Source: an uncultured Verrucomicrobiae bacterium (lineage in GTDB: Bacteria > Verrucomicrobiota > Verrucomicrobiia > Limisphaerales > Palsa-1400). Taken from it: 64,000 nucleotides of DNA. Every line of letters begins with the position of its first letter. The first letter of the stretch is position 1. Shown here piece after piece: positions 39,181 to 50,900 of this stretch. The notes beneath the pieces were generated by a model that did not search any database, was not told where the DNA came from, and saw only the letters and a program-made list of their open reading frames with translations. The position numbers were made by a program, and so were the translations under genes. The stretch covers positions 480,001 to 544,000 of the forward strand of contig CAVXRD010000004.1 in NCBI GenBank assembly GCA_963764165.1, given 5' to 3'.

Positions 39181-42100
39181 ATGAGGCGTTTCAATCCGGC
39201 TGGCTGCATTTTTGCGATGGCATTGGCGGTGTTGAATCCGCCCGAATGCTTTGCGCAGTATCATAACTTCAACGTCACGAGCGGTTCGGACTGCATCATG
39301 CAGGATTATCGCTCGCCGGATGTTCCGCCGGGGATTTACGACGCGATCCATGAAGAAAATGTGACGAGCTCGGATAGCGGCGCGGGCTATTTTTACGGCG
39401 GGTTCACGCACCAAAATCAACTTCCGAACGGCAGCTTCGGCACTCTCGTGCAGTACGTCTGCTGGCCGGCCACCGGCGGCTACGCGCCGTACTCGCAGCA
39501 GATTCCGTTTTTTGCCGGGACGAACATGGTGGGTTACCCGCAGATTGGCGAAGGGAGCAGTTGCGCGATCAAAGGTTATTGGCCGCAGTTCACCAGCAAT
39601 TTGTGGACGCGCGAAGCGGTTCGCTATTGGCTTCCGTCCGACGGCACTCCGCACTTGGGTTATCAAGGCATGTGGATCAAGGATCCCGTCACAGCTAATT
39701 GGGATCACGTCGGCACGTTTCTGTATCCGTTCGCAGTTACGGGCGTGACGGGCATGAGCGGTTGGCAGGAGAATTTCTCAGGCTACACCGGCGATTACAA
39801 AGTGAACCACGCCAACGGTTATTACCACATTAACGGGGCGTGGCATATGGCCAACCAAATCCAATACACCAGCGCGGGGTATGTGTATTTGATTAACACG
39901 AACGCTGCTTCTGAATCTGACGTTGGTCACGACTACACGAATTCTTACAACAACCCGCAAACGTTGATTATGAGCGGCCAGCCGTCTGCGCCGACGTTTG
40001 ACCCCATCATCGTCACCAATTTCGCTGCCTCCGTTTACGGCAGCCAGTTGCTTGTGCAATGGCAGCTTCCCCTGTCCAGTTCGCCGCAATTGAGTTATCG
40101 CGTGGATGTGTTCAACAACTCCGCGTATTCGGGAATCGCCTCGCTCAGTTACAACAACAACGACCCGGAGGCACGGCAGGTTTTGTTGACTCTGACGAAT
40201 GTGGCCACGCCTTACGTTCGGTTGACGATTTCGGACATTTTCTTCAACACCAATGCGCCGATATTGATCACACCGGCCCTTGCTTCTCCGAGCGCGGCGA
40301 CAAATATTTCAGGCACGGTTGGCGGTTTGGCTTTTCAATACTATGAGTCCGCCAGCGGAGATTGGGGTTCGCTGCCGAACTTCAGCGCCCTCACGCCAAT
40401 TTACACGGGCGCAGTTGGCTTCACCGATGTCACACCGCGCAGGCAGCGCACTGACTACGGTTTCAATTACAGCGGTTTCATCAACGCTCCCGCAACCGGC
40501 GTTTATGCGTTCTCCTTGCATTCTGGCGACGGCAGCGAATTGGTAATCGATGGAACCAATGTCATCGACTTCGACGGTTTGCATGATTCCAGCCAATTCA
40601 AAAGCGGTGGCATTGCTTTGGCGGCCGGGCCGCACGCTTTCAATTTGCAATTCTTCAAGGGCGCGGCGAATCCCGTAAATTCCACTGCTTACACGGACGG
40701 AATTGGGCTGGCATGGCAAATCCCCGGCGCGACGGCGGCGGTCGACGTGCCGGCCTCGGCCTATTCCCGCACTCCCGCCAATGGTGAACCCTTGATTGTT
40801 TTGACGGCCCCTCTGTCAAACTCCACTGTTCCGAATTTTAACCCCGGCCTAAGCGCAACTGTGAGGGCAAACGGCAATGCTGCGAACGGCGTCTTGTTTT
40901 ATTTGACAGATTACTCGGCCTATTATGCGCATCCGGCTGCCGGAATGGATTATTATTTGGGCCGGGCGTCCACCACCCCGTATTCATTGAATTCCATGAT
41001 CTGGAGCGCTCGAACGAATTTGGTTCGCGCGCGCCTGATTTACAATGGCACCAATATAATTGACTCCGCGCCTGTGGGAATCGTCACCACGAATGGCTCG
41101 TTTGGCGCGTGGGCGTGGTCGCCGTTGGAGATGCACAATTATCCCTCTGGCGGGGCCATTCAGGGGAGCACGTTCTCGCTTCTTGGCGACGGGATGAATT
41201 TCATCAGCCGGAAAGTGACTGGCGACTCCACACTTGTCGCCCGTTTGGCCGGCCTTACCCCAAATCAGCCGAGCCCCGACGGAGTTTCGCCAGGCGGCTC
41301 ATGGCGGGCGGGAATTATTTTCAGAGGCACCACCAACGCGACCATCGGCCAACCGCTGGGCGACGGCTCGACCACTCGCTTTGCAGCGCTTTTTAGCGCA
41401 GTGGAAGGCGGCACATATTATGAGAACGACACCATGCGCAACGGAAACGGCGATGCCAATGCCTGGTCCGGCAATCTCGGGAGCAGCTATACATGGTATA
41501 AAATTCAGCGGGCGGGCGACGTGTTCACGAGCTTCATTTCGGCTGACGGACAAAATTGGATTCAAGCGAACACCATTACCTTGACAGGGATCGGAACGAG
41601 CATTTACGCGGGGGTTTTCATCAACGCGGAGCAGTCGTTCAATCCGAACATCCATAGCGCCAGCTTCGATAGCTTTAGTTTGACAGGGACGAACGTTGCG
41701 GGAGCCGCGAGTGTATCAATCAGCCCCGCCACGAATTCGATCGTTGGCGGACAAGCAGCGACCTTCGCGGCCTCTGTCGTTGGTCCTGTCCCGGCCGGTT
41801 TTCAATGGCAATTGAACGGAACGAACATCGCCAGCGCGACCAATGCCACCTACTCCATCGCGAGCGTGACTGCGGCGAATGCGGGCACTTACACTGTCAT
41901 CGCCAACGGAGTGACGAGCGCGCCTGCGTTGCTCACCATCTCCGCGCCGGCAGGTTCTGGCGTGTGGATCAACGGCGAGGGCGGGTCGTGGAGCGCGCCC
42001 GCCAATTGGAGCGGCGGATTAGCCGCTGGCGGGACGAACGCGGTCGGCGATTTCAGCACGCTCGAGCTCAGCCTCAATCCGACAGTGACCCTCAACACTC

Positions 42101-44952
42101 CAACGATGCTTGGCACTCTGGTATCGGACGACCAGAATCCATCTGTCAAACACAATTGGACTTATGCGCCGACGGGTGGCGCGACGCTGACGCTGGCCGT
42201 GAGCAGCGGAACGCCGAATGTGTCAATTAAAAGCGCCACGAATTTTCTTGGCGCAGCCGTGGCGGGCGCGCAGGGATTCACCAAGACTGGCCCGGGCGAT
42301 TTGACTCTCAGCGCGGCCAGCACGTTCACAGGCGGCGTGAGCGTCAGCGACGGCACGCTCGAAGTCCAAAACAAATCCGGCGACGTGACGTATTCCGTCG
42401 CGGCTGGGGCGACTTTGAAAATCGGCTACACGACAGGCGGCGGTTACGCGAACACGGGATTGAGCATTAGCGGCAACGGGGCTTCTGACCCGAGTGGCTT
42501 TTACCTCGCGGGCGGGCGCACCTACAATTGCAGTGGCGAGGTAATCTTGCAAGGCGCCCCTACCACCATCCGGCAATACGGCTCCGGCCTCGCCAATCTT
42601 GGCACTTACGATATCAACGGAACCGGATTGTGGTGCACCTCGGCAGCGTCCGGCTCCGCCACAGACGCCAACGTGCAAATGGTCAGCGACGGCTACGGAA
42701 TGTCCGTGCAAGTGGACCCCGGCGCGAACACCGCCACTGGCGATCTGACGATTAACGGGCCGCTGAATGTCGGGAGCCTCGGATTTTATCTGCGCGGAAA
42801 TGGTTCAGTGCTTTTGAACGGAACAGCACCGGCGGGTAATGCGGCCTTGCAAATCACCAGCGGGACCGTCATTTGCGGAGCCGCGAATTGCATCGGCGCC
42901 AGCGCGGCGCTGATTATTTCTCCGGGAGCAACCCTCAATTTGAACGGCTTCAGCCAGACAATCGCCGCCTCCTCGGGCGCGGGAACAACATCGCTCGGAG
43001 GCAAGTTGCTGATGACCATCAACGGCGGCGCGTCGCCGGGCGGAAGCACGCTGGCTGTGCCGGGCGCGAATCCGCTCGCTTTCGGGGGCTCGCTCGTCGT
43101 TACAAACATCGGCGGCGCCCTCGCGGCAGGTCAAACCTTCACGCTCTTCACGGCCCAAAGTTATTCGCGCGCGTTCACCAACTTCAGCTTGCCGACGCTG
43201 CCACCTGGATTGATCTGGCAGACTAATAATCTTCCGGTCAATGGTTCCATCTCCATCAATACCAACGGACTGAGCACTTGGAACGGGAACGGCAGCAATG
43301 CCAATTGGAGCACAGCGGCGAACTGGATTGGCTCGACTCCCGCCAATCAGAATTCCCTGATGTTCGCGGGAAACGCGCAGCAAACCAGCACCAATAATTT
43401 TCTATCGGCAGTCGGACAGGTCATTTTTTCCAACGGCGGATTCAGCCTCACAGGAAATGCGGTCTCAAGCTTATGGGGGATTGTCAATCAAGCAGGAAAC
43501 AACACCTGGTCCATCCCAACCACGCTGAGTGCCGCCCAATCGTTCATTAGCAGCAATGGAACGCTCACCGTGGCTGGCGCGGTCGCGACTGGCGGAAATC
43601 TCCTGACGCTGGATGGGGCGGGCGCGATACAGATTGCCAACGCCATTTCCGGCGCGGGCGGTCTTCAGAAAAACGGAACTGGCACGGCTTCGCTCAATGT
43701 GCAAAACAGCTTCACCGGCGGCACGACCATAAACAGCGGGATTTTGAATTTAACCGGCGGAGGCGGCAGCAGCGGGACGATTCGCGGCGCCGTGACGGTC
43801 AATAGCGGCGGCATTCTCGAATTGAGCACTGCCGACGCAATTGGTTATGGCGGCGGCACGACCGCTTTGACGAATATCTCTCTGGCTGGCGGGACATTGA
43901 ATGTCGCGACTTCTGTCAATCAAACACTCGGAAGCGCGATCATCAACTTGACAGGCGGCGCGATCACGGGAAATGCGGGCGGCAATATCGATTTTTACGG
44001 CGGCGGCTCCGCTCTCAACAGCTGGGCCGCTTCCAAAACCTCCACGATAAGTGGCGTCCCGCTTTCCCCACTGCGGCAGGGAAGCACGACGTTCACCGTG
44101 CAAGCGGGGACGACGCCGTCTGGCATCGATTTGGATATTTCGTCGACTCTCCAAACATCGCCCAACGGAGACGCAAGCGGGGCGAGTCTTTACAAGGCAG
44201 GCAGCGGCACCCTCCGGCTTTCCGGCACAAATACCTACGCAAAACCTACCATCGTCAGCGCAGGGACCTTGTGGGTCACCGGTTCTCTCGGTGCTGCGAG
44301 CAGGCTTTCCATTGCCAAGGGCGCCACTTTAGGAGGAACCGGCGCAATCAACGGCCCCGCAACCGTTCAAGCCGGCGGCATGCTGACCGTCGGCACCAAT
44401 AGCATCGGCACGCTCGCGTTCGGCTCCAGTCTAAACCTGGCGGGCAGCGCATGGATGAAGATCAGCCGAAATGGCGGGATGGCGACCAACGACTTGGCTC
44501 TCGTGGCGGGACAATTGGCGGAAGCGGGCACTTTGATCGTTACGAATGCGGGCACGAATCTCCCCGCCCTGGGCGATAGCTACAAGCTATTTTCAGCGGC
44601 GCAATTCTCGGGATCATTCACGAATTTCAATCTCCCCACCCTGCCCTCAACTTTGCTATGGAGCACATCGAACCTCGCCGCCAGCGGAGTTCTGCTGGTC
44701 GTGACAAATCCGCCGGTCACTAGCATGGCGCCCGCGGATATTAATTTCAGCCTCGCTGGATCGACCCTGACGTTGTCATGGCCAGTCGATCACGTCGGGT
44801 GGGCGCTGCTGGCGCAAACCAACAACTTGCAGTTCGGCCTCAGCCTTGATTCCAACGATTGGGGTGCGGTCAGCGATTCCACGAGCACGAATGCCGTTAC
44901 GGTCCGCGTGTCAGCCACCAACAATGGCTACTATCGACTGGTTTATCCGTGA
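39181..44952 (+). CDS. Large secreted protein: DUF3472-like N-domain, PA14, Ig, autotransporter-associated beta-strand repeats
   Basis: PA14 pattern [25 protein letters not shown]; KxGxGTLxL...N(T/S)(F/Y)xGGT repeats; C-terminal GYYRL. Confidence 0.85.
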   Translation: MRRFNPAGCIFAMALAVLNPPECFAQYHNFNVTSGSDCIMQDYRSPDVPPGIYDAIHEENVTSSDSGAGYFYGGFTHQNQLPNGSFGTLVQYVCWPATGGYAPYSQQIPFFAGTNMVGYPQIGEGSSCAIKGYWPQFTSNLWTREAVRYWLPSDGTPHLGYQGMWIKDPVTANWDHVGTFLYPFAVTGVTGMSGWQENFSGYTGDYKVNHANGYYHINGAWHMANQIQYTSAGYVYLINTNAASESDVGHDYTNSYNNPQTLIMSGQPSAPTFDPIIVTNFAASVYGSQLLVQWQLPLSSSPQLSYRVDVFNNSAYSGIASLSYNNNDPEARQVLLTLTNVATPYVRLTISDIFFNTNAPILITPALASPSAATNISGTVGGLAFQYYESASGDWGSLPNFSALTPIYTGAVGFTDVTPRRQRTDYGFNYSGFINAPATGVYAFSLHSGDGSELVIDGTNVIDFDGLHDSSQFKSGGIALAAGPHAFNLQFFKGAANPVNSTAYTDGIGLAWQIPGATAAVDVPASAYSRTPANGEPLIVLTAPLSNSTVPNFNPGLSATVRANGNAANGVLFYLTDYSAYYAHPAAGMDYYLGRASTTPYSLNSMIWSARTNLVRARLIYNGTNIIDSAPVGIVTTNGSFGAWAWSPLEMHNYPSGGAIQGSTFSLLGDGMNFISRKVTGDSTLVARLAGLTPNQPSPDGVSPGGSWRAGIIFRGTTNATIGQPLGDGSTTRFAALFSAVEGGTYYENDTMRNGNGDANAWSGNLGSSYTWYKIQRAGDVFTSFISADGQNWIQANTITLTGIGTSIYAGVFINAEQSFNPNIHSASFDSFSLTGTNVAGAASVSISPATNSIVGGQAATFAASVVGPVPAGFQWQLNGTNIASATNATYSIASVTAANAGTYTVIANGVTSAPALLTISAPAGSGVWINGEGGSWSAPANWSGGLAAGGTNAVGDFSTLELSLNPTVTLNTPTMLGTLVSDDQNPSVKHNWTYAPTGGATLTLAVSSGTPNVSIKSATNFLGAAVAGAQGFTKTGPGDLTLSAASTFTGGVSVSDGTLEVQNKSGDVTYSVAAGATLKIGYTTGGGYANTGLSISGNGASDPSGFYLAGGRTYNCSGEVILQGAPTTIRQYGSGLANLGTYDINGTGLWCTSAASGSATDANVQMVSDGYGMSVQVDPGANTATGDLTINGPLNVGSLGFYLRGNGSVLLNGTAPAGNAALQITSGTVICGAANCIGASAALIISPGATLNLNGFSQTIAASSGAGTTSLGGKLLMTINGGASPGGSTLAVPGANPLAFGGSLVVTNIGGALAAGQTFTLFTAQSYSRAFTNFSLPTLPPGLIWQTNNLPVNGSISINTNGLSTWNGNGSNANWSTAANWIGSTPANQNSLMFAGNAQQTSTNNFLSAVGQVIFSNGGFSLTGNAVSSLWGIVNQAGNNTWSIPTTLSAAQSFISSNGTLTVAGAVATGGNLLTLDGAGAIQIANAISGAGGLQKNGTGTASLNVQNSFTGGTTINSGILNLTGGGGSSGTIRGAVTVNSGGILELSTADAIGYGGGTTALTNISLAGGTLNVATSVNQTLGSAIINLTGGAITGNAGGNIDFYGGGSALNSWAASKTSTISGVPLSPLRQGSTTFTVQAGTTPSGIDLDISSTLQTSPNGDASGASLYKAGSGTLRLSGTNTYAKPTIVSAGTLWVTGSLGAASRLSIAKGATLGGTGAINGPATVQAGGMLTVGTNSIGTLAFGSSLNLAGSAWMKISRNGGMATNDLALVAGQLAEAGTLIVTNAGTNLPALGDSYKLFSAAQFSGSFTNFNLPTLPSTLLWSTSNLAASGVLLVVTNPPVTSMAPADINFSLAGSTLTLSWPVDHVGWALLAQTNNLQFGLSLDSNDWGAVSDSTSTNAVTVRVSATNNGYYRLVYP

Positions 44953-45007
44953 AATTGGGACGCAGTCGGGCGGGGCCAATGAACGTCGACAGCAATCTCC
45001 ACTGTCA

Positions 45008-45211
45008 GCATCCCGGCAGGGATGCAGGAGTGTAGCCGGTGGTTGAGCGAAGCGACACCACCGGAAAATGTCCTAAAAATCCTCCCGCATCCTGAAAGGA
45101 TGCCAGCCGCAGCACGCTGTCATCCCTGCCGGGATGAATCATTGTTATCGCTTTTTCCGGTGGTGTCGCTTCGCTCAACCACCGGCTACACTCTGTGATG
45201 CCTCCGGCATC
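45008..45211. repeat. Long REP-like inverted repeat element
   Basis: Perfect 41-bp inverted repeat 45028-45068/45153-45193 plus CATCCCGGCAGGGATG hairpins at 45009 and 45121. Confidence 0.85.
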
Positions 45212-45379
45212 TTCCGCGCAAGCCGTTTCGACGCTCCAGCAAATTAATCGGCGAGTCTCTCCCTACCGAAAATCAAGTTCCCGTGGGACGGCATACCACA
45301 AACTGCGTATATGATTCAATTGCGGGGAGTGTATAATTACAGGCGTGGGCAGCAAAACCAATTCGGTTCTAACGGCAGC

Positions 45380-46228
45380 ATGAGAATTGTATCCAAGAGG
45401 TTAGTCAACGCCAGAAAAACCAGGGGCCAAAGGGAAGCACGCGAGAGGCGAGGTTTCACTTTGATCGAACTGCTGGTCGTCATTGCCATCATCGCCATAC
45501 TTGCCTCCCTGCTCTTGCCGGCCTTGGCCACTGCCAAGCGCAAAGCGCAAGACATTCAGTGCCTCAATAATGGCAAGCAGATCGTCCTCTCCATGAAGAT
45601 GTACGTCAACGACTCGGCGGACATGATGATCAGCTACAATGACCCGAGCGGGGCTTACACTCTGTGGGTCGGCCGGCTGCAATCCAACTACAGCCAGCTT
45701 GCGCAATCCCGCCTCTGCCCCGCCACACGCGATCCAAATCCGTGGGTCGAGCAGCAACCCGCCTCCACCAGCGATGGCAACGGCGGCTTGGGAGTGGCCG
45801 ATTACACTTGGAACTGGGGGGTCTACAGCGCGTCGGCCTATCATGGGAGCTATGGCATCAACGCCTGGTGCTATTCGGGGCTCGACGGCAGTTCGAGCTA
45901 CTTTGACAAGGAAGCAAACGTGACCAAACCGGCGACAACGCCCTATTTTTCCGACTCCATCTGGATCGACGGCGGGCCTCTCGAAGCGGATACTCCCGCT
46001 CGGAATTTGTATACCGGCGCCGACGATGAAGACATGGAACGCATCACCATCGCAAGGCACGGCATCAATCCCGGTCGCGCCCCAAGAAACGTCCCGGCGG
46101 GAACATTCTTAGTGGGCATGATTAACCTTGGTTTCGTCGACGGGCATGTCGAAGCGAAGCGCCTGGAAGATTTGTGGAGCCTCACCTGGCGCAAGGGCTG
46201 GGTGCAGCCGAACCCGCGCCCAAAGTAG
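45380..46228 (+). CDS. Prepilin-type N-terminal cleavage/methylation protein with H-X-DG C-terminal motif
   Basis: [30 protein letters not shown]...NLGFVDGHV. Confidence 0.92.
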   Translation: MRIVSKRLVNARKTRGQREARERRGFTLIELLVVIAIIAILASLLLPALATAKRKAQDIQCLNNGKQIVLSMKMYVNDSADMMISYNDPSGAYTLWVGRLQSNYSQLAQSRLCPATRDPNPWVEQQPASTSDGNGGLGVADYTWNWGVYSASAYHGSYGINAWCYSGLDGSSSYFDKEANVTKPATTPYFSDSIWIDGGPLEADTPARNLYTGADDEDMERITIARHGINPGRAPRNVPAGTFLVGMINLGFVDGHVEAKRLEDLWSLTWRKGWVQPNPRPK

Positions 46229-46310
46229 CGCCTCGCCGAGGCGTCCGAGGATGTGGCGTTGTTCGCGCGCGTTCGGACTTGGGAGAGTTCCCGGGACCCC
46301 TCGGCGAGGC
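46229..46310. repeat. Intergenic inverted repeat (REP-like)
   Basis: CGCCTCGCCGAGG...CCTCGGCGAGGCG. Confidence 0.55.
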
Positions 46311-46351
46311 GTCCCTGCCTTTGAGAGGCTTGCGTCGAACATTTTGTTTTA

Positions 46352-47608
46352 ATGAAAAAATTAATCTTGCTCGCCTTGTGCCTGCTCGCTTCGTTTCAAG
46401 CGCGCGCTGAACTGCGCATCCCCGCCTTCACCGCCTATCTCGAACCCGATTCCGATGGCGCGCAAATCTCACGAAACTCCGGCATTAAAAATTGGACCGA
46501 TCCCAGCGAGAAAGTTCTCTGGTTCGGGGAGATAAAAACGCCCGGAAATTTGAATTGCGTGCTGGAAGTGCAACTGCCGGCCGACGCGGAAACTAAGTTG
46601 CGCCTCACCGTCGGAGGAGAATCACGCGAAGCAACTGCCAAAGGAGCTGGAACCAACACAACGAAATTGGACTTTGGCTCGTTCAACATTGCCGCAGCGG
46701 GTTATCAGAAATTTACTCTGGAGTCCCTGAACGCAGCCGGGGCTTCAGCGGGGAACATCAAAGCGTTCGTGCTTTCGGGAGCAGCCACGGAAGGCGCGCA
46801 TTTCAATTTGAAAGAGCGCCGCAATGCCGCTTCGGTCCATCTTTCTTACCCAACACCGGGCATGACGAACATTGACGCGTTTTACTGCGAAGTCACCGGG
46901 GTGGAGACGCCGCTGTATAGTTATTTTGAAGCGTGCGGCTGGCATCGCGGATATTTCGGGATGCAAGTCAACAGCCCGACCGAGCGCCGGATCATTTTCA
47001 GCGTGTGGGACAGCGGCCACGAAGCCGTCAGCCGCGACAACGTGGGCCAGGACGACCGCGTGACGCTGATCGCGAAGGGACCCGGAGTTTACAGCGGCGA
47101 TTTCGGCAACGAAGGCACCGGCGGGCACAGCCATCTAGTCTACAATTGGAAAACTGGCGCCCAACAGCGCTTCCTTGTCACAGCCAAGCCGACCGGCGCC
47201 ACGCACACGATTTATGCCGGTTATTGGTTTCAACCGGATGAAAAGAAGTGGATGCTCATCTCCTCTTGGAAAGCGCCCAAAGACGGCCAATACTTGCACG
47301 GCCTTTACAGTTTCAATGAGGATTTCGCGGGCAGCAACGGCGAACTTCGCCGCAAAGCGCTTTTCGGAAATCAATGGTGCCACACCGCCGACGGGCAATG
47401 GCATGAGCAAATCACCGCAACGTTCAGCCATGACCCCACCGGAAAGACCGACCGGCTTGACCGCTTCATGGGGGTGGAGAACGGGCAATTCTTTCTATCC
47501 AATGGGGGCTTCATTTCCGGCTTTACCAAGTTCGGAGAAAAATTCGACCGCCCTCTGGCAGGCCCGGCCCCTCTGGACTTTGCCTTCTTGCCGTCGGGGA
47601 TGAATTAG
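46352..47608 (+). CDS. DUF5077/DUF3472-type secreted protein
   Basis: Signal peptide; RRNAASVHL, GYFGMQVNSPTERRIIFSVW, FGNEGTGGHS. Confidence 0.85.
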   Translation: MKKLILLALCLLASFQARAELRIPAFTAYLEPDSDGAQISRNSGIKNWTDPSEKVLWFGEIKTPGNLNCVLEVQLPADAETKLRLTVGGESREATAKGAGTNTTKLDFGSFNIAAAGYQKFTLESLNAAGASAGNIKAFVLSGAATEGAHFNLKERRNAASVHLSYPTPGMTNIDAFYCEVTGVETPLYSYFEACGWHRGYFGMQVNSPTERRIIFSVWDSGHEAVSRDNVGQDDRVTLIAKGPGVYSGDFGNEGTGGHSHLVYNWKTGAQQRFLVTAKPTGATHTIYAGYWFQPDEKKWMLISSWKAPKDGQYLHGLYSFNEDFAGSNGELRRKALFGNQWCHTADGQWHEQITATFSHDPTGKTDRLDRFMGVENGQFFLSNGGFISGFTKFGEKFDRPLAGPAPLDFAFLPSGMN

Positions 47609-47929
47609 GACATGCAATTCAGTGGCGCGCGAAGCGCTTGCTCGATCTTTTTGCGCAATGATTTCGTTGTTCGCCGCTGGCGGGTCCCCGCAGGACATGC
47701 ACGCGGCTCACTCCTCGCATTTGCGCAAAAATCTGCGTCGCAATGGCTTCCCTGTCAACTGAGTGGTTGCGGCTGCAGGTAGTCCGAAAATCCCGGTGAA
47801 TTGTATTGACACCCCATACACTTCCTGTTGAGGTAGGCAACAGCCAATAAGCCATAACCTTTTCCCGGTCTCGGTCGAAAAAGAGTTTGGCGGCTCAATT
47901 TTGGCACCCGTCAAGAGTTATAAGACATT

Positions 47930-50900
47930 ATGAATCAGCCACCTTCATTTCGCGCCAGCATAGTGATGCTACTCGCCTTCCTGGCACTTGCGGTTGAACC
48001 AGCAAATGCCGACACGGTAAGCTGGGTCAATACTACCGGCGGAAATTGGAGTTTGGGCGCCAACTGGAGCACTGGCCAGGCGCCCGGCCCCGGCGACACG
48101 GCAATTATCGATGCGCCAGGAACTTACAATGTAACCCTCGACACCGGTGTCACCATCGCCGGCCTGGTTGTGGGCAGCAGCGGCGGAACCGGCACGCAGA
48201 CCTTACTTACTGGATCACAGACATTTACGGTCAACGGCGGGATTCAGGTTTACGCCAACGGACAATTTTACGTCAATGGCGGAGCGTTTGCTGGGACGAG
48301 CGTCCTGACCGGAACTATGACTTGGAGTGGTGGAGACATGGATTGCAATCTGACGGTGACCACCAACAGCGTATTTAATATCGCCCCGGGCGGCGGCAAC
48401 GCCATGAAAGGCTTTGTCCTGACGAATTTCGGAACGGTCAATTGGGGGTACACTACAATTTACAGCTTTGCACCCTATAATGCGCAAATTTACAATTATG
48501 GCCTTTGGCAAGCTCAGAACGACAATGGTTTTGCCGGAGGTTACCAAGGCGGCACAACTCTGTTCAACAACTATGGAACCTTCCTGAAATCAGGCACCTC
48601 CGGCACCTCGACCTTGGATGGCGCCGTGGTATTCAACAACACGGGAACGATTGCCGTTCAAAGCGGAACGCTAGCCATCCAAGGCGGAGGGGATAGCGCC
48701 AACAGCTCTTGCTCGGTGGAGACCAACGCGGTGTTGTTGGTGGAAAACATGGAGCTTTCGGGCAGCACAACCATAACCGGAGGCGGAGTGGCGGAACTTG
48801 GCGGTACCACGACAATCAACGGCGTGTTAAGCGCCCCCAATGTCGCTCTGGTGAACGGGTCCCTGTCAGGAACCAACGTTTTCACCGGCACATTGACTTG
48901 GAGCGGCGGGGACATGGATTGCAATCTGACTGTGTCCACCAACAGCGTATTTAATATCGCCCAGGGCGGTGGTGACGCCATGAAAGGCTTTGTCCTGACA
49001 AACTTTGGAACGGTCAATTGGGGTTACGCTACGATTTACAGCTTTGCTCCCTACAACGCGCAAATTTACAATTACGGCCTCTGGCAAGCTCAGAACGACA
49101 ATGATTTTGCCGGAGGTTACCAAGGCGGCACAACTCTGTTCAACAACTATGGAACCTTCCTGAAATCAGGCACCTCCGGCACCTCGACCTTGGATGGCGC
49201 CGTGGTATTCAACAACACGGGAACGATTGCCGTTCAAAGCGGAACGCTGGCCATCCAACGTGGCGGCGTCGGCACTAACAGCTCATTCTCCGCGGCGACC
49301 AACGCGGTGTTGTTGGTGGAAAACATGGAGCTTTCGGGCTGCACAACCATAACCGGAGGCGGAGTGGCGGAACTTGGCGGTACCACGACAATCAACGGCG
49401 TGTTAACCGCGCCCAATGTCGCTCTGGTGAACGGGTCCCTGTCAGGAACCAACATTTTCACCGGCACATTGACTTGGAGCGGCGGGGACATGGATTGCAA
49501 TCTGACTGTGTCCACCAACAGCGTTTTTAATATCGCGCCGGGTGGTGGTGACGCCATGAAAGGCTTTGTCCTGACAAACTTTGGAACGGTCAATTGGGGT
49601 TACGCTACGATTTACAGCTTTGCTCCCTACAACGCGCAAATTTACAATTATGGCCTCTGGCAAGCTCAGAACGACAATGGTTTTGCCGGAGGTTACCAAG
49701 GCGGCACAACTCTGTTCAACAACTATGGAACCTTCCTGAAATCAGGCACCTCCGGAACCTCGACCTTGGATGGCGCAGTGGCATTCAACAACCTCGGCAC
49801 CGTCACCGTGGAGTCCGGAAGCCTTAATCTCACCACCGGAAGCGGCGCGGGCGCCATATTCCAAACGGATGGCGGCGCAATTATCCGCTTTGCCAATTTT
49901 GCCTTCACCAATCAGAACTTATTTAGCGGCACGGGAAATTACCTGGTGGGAAACACGACCTTCGGCGGGGTGATATCGGGATCTCTTAATTGGGCTGGCG
50001 GCAACGTCAGCGGCGGGCTGACTGTTGCCAGCAATAGCGCCCTTAACATCCTTCCAGGCGGAGGCAATTCCATGGTTGGGCTCCTGCTTACAAATTTCGG
50101 GACCGTCAACTGGGGCTCCACCACCCTCTACTGCGTCGCCCCGAACAATGCGCAGATATACAATTATGGGGTCTGGTTTGCGCAAGCGGACAACGAATTC
50201 GCAGGCGGCTACAACGGCGGAACAACACCGTTTTACAATTTTGGCGTCTTTCTCAAATCAGGCACCGCCGGCACCACGACGCTGGACGGGGCGCTTGTGT
50301 TCAAAAACACCGGCATGGCGATTGTCCAGAGCGGGACCCTTGCCATAAACTCCGGCGCCGGAACTGGCGGTCATTTTTCAACCGTCGGCGGGGGCAATAT
50401 CTATTTTGCCAACTATACTTTTGCCGGCACCAACACGCTGGCCGGTCCGGCAAGTTATCTGATAGGCGACGCCACTTTCGCCGGCACAATAGAGGGGACC
50501 CTTGGCTGGGTTGGCGGCAGTCTGTATGGGGTGATGACGGTCGATACTGGCAGCGTTCTTAGCATTTTGCCCGGAGGCGGCAATGCCATGCGCGGTTTAA
50601 CCCTGACCAATCTAGGAACGGTCAACTGGGGAAGCACGACCCTTTACAGCGCCGCCCCAAACAACGCGTTTATTTACAACTACGGTGTCTGGACAGCGCA
50701 GGCCGATAACGGTTTCGAAGGCGGTTACAACGGCGGAACAACGCCCTTTTATAACTTTGGCACCTTCAGCAAGTCAGGCACAACCGGCACCACAACGCTG
50801 GACGGGGCGGTTGTGTTCAATAACACCGGCACGGCGATCGCGCAGAGCGGCGTCCTCGCGGTAAACTCCGGCACCGGGTTTGGCGGGAATTTTTCAACCG

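Noticed and set aside
48310..49790. Possible DGR template/variable repeat pair
   Set aside because: In-frame coding tandem repeats, differences not adenine-specific, and no reverse transcriptase in the window.
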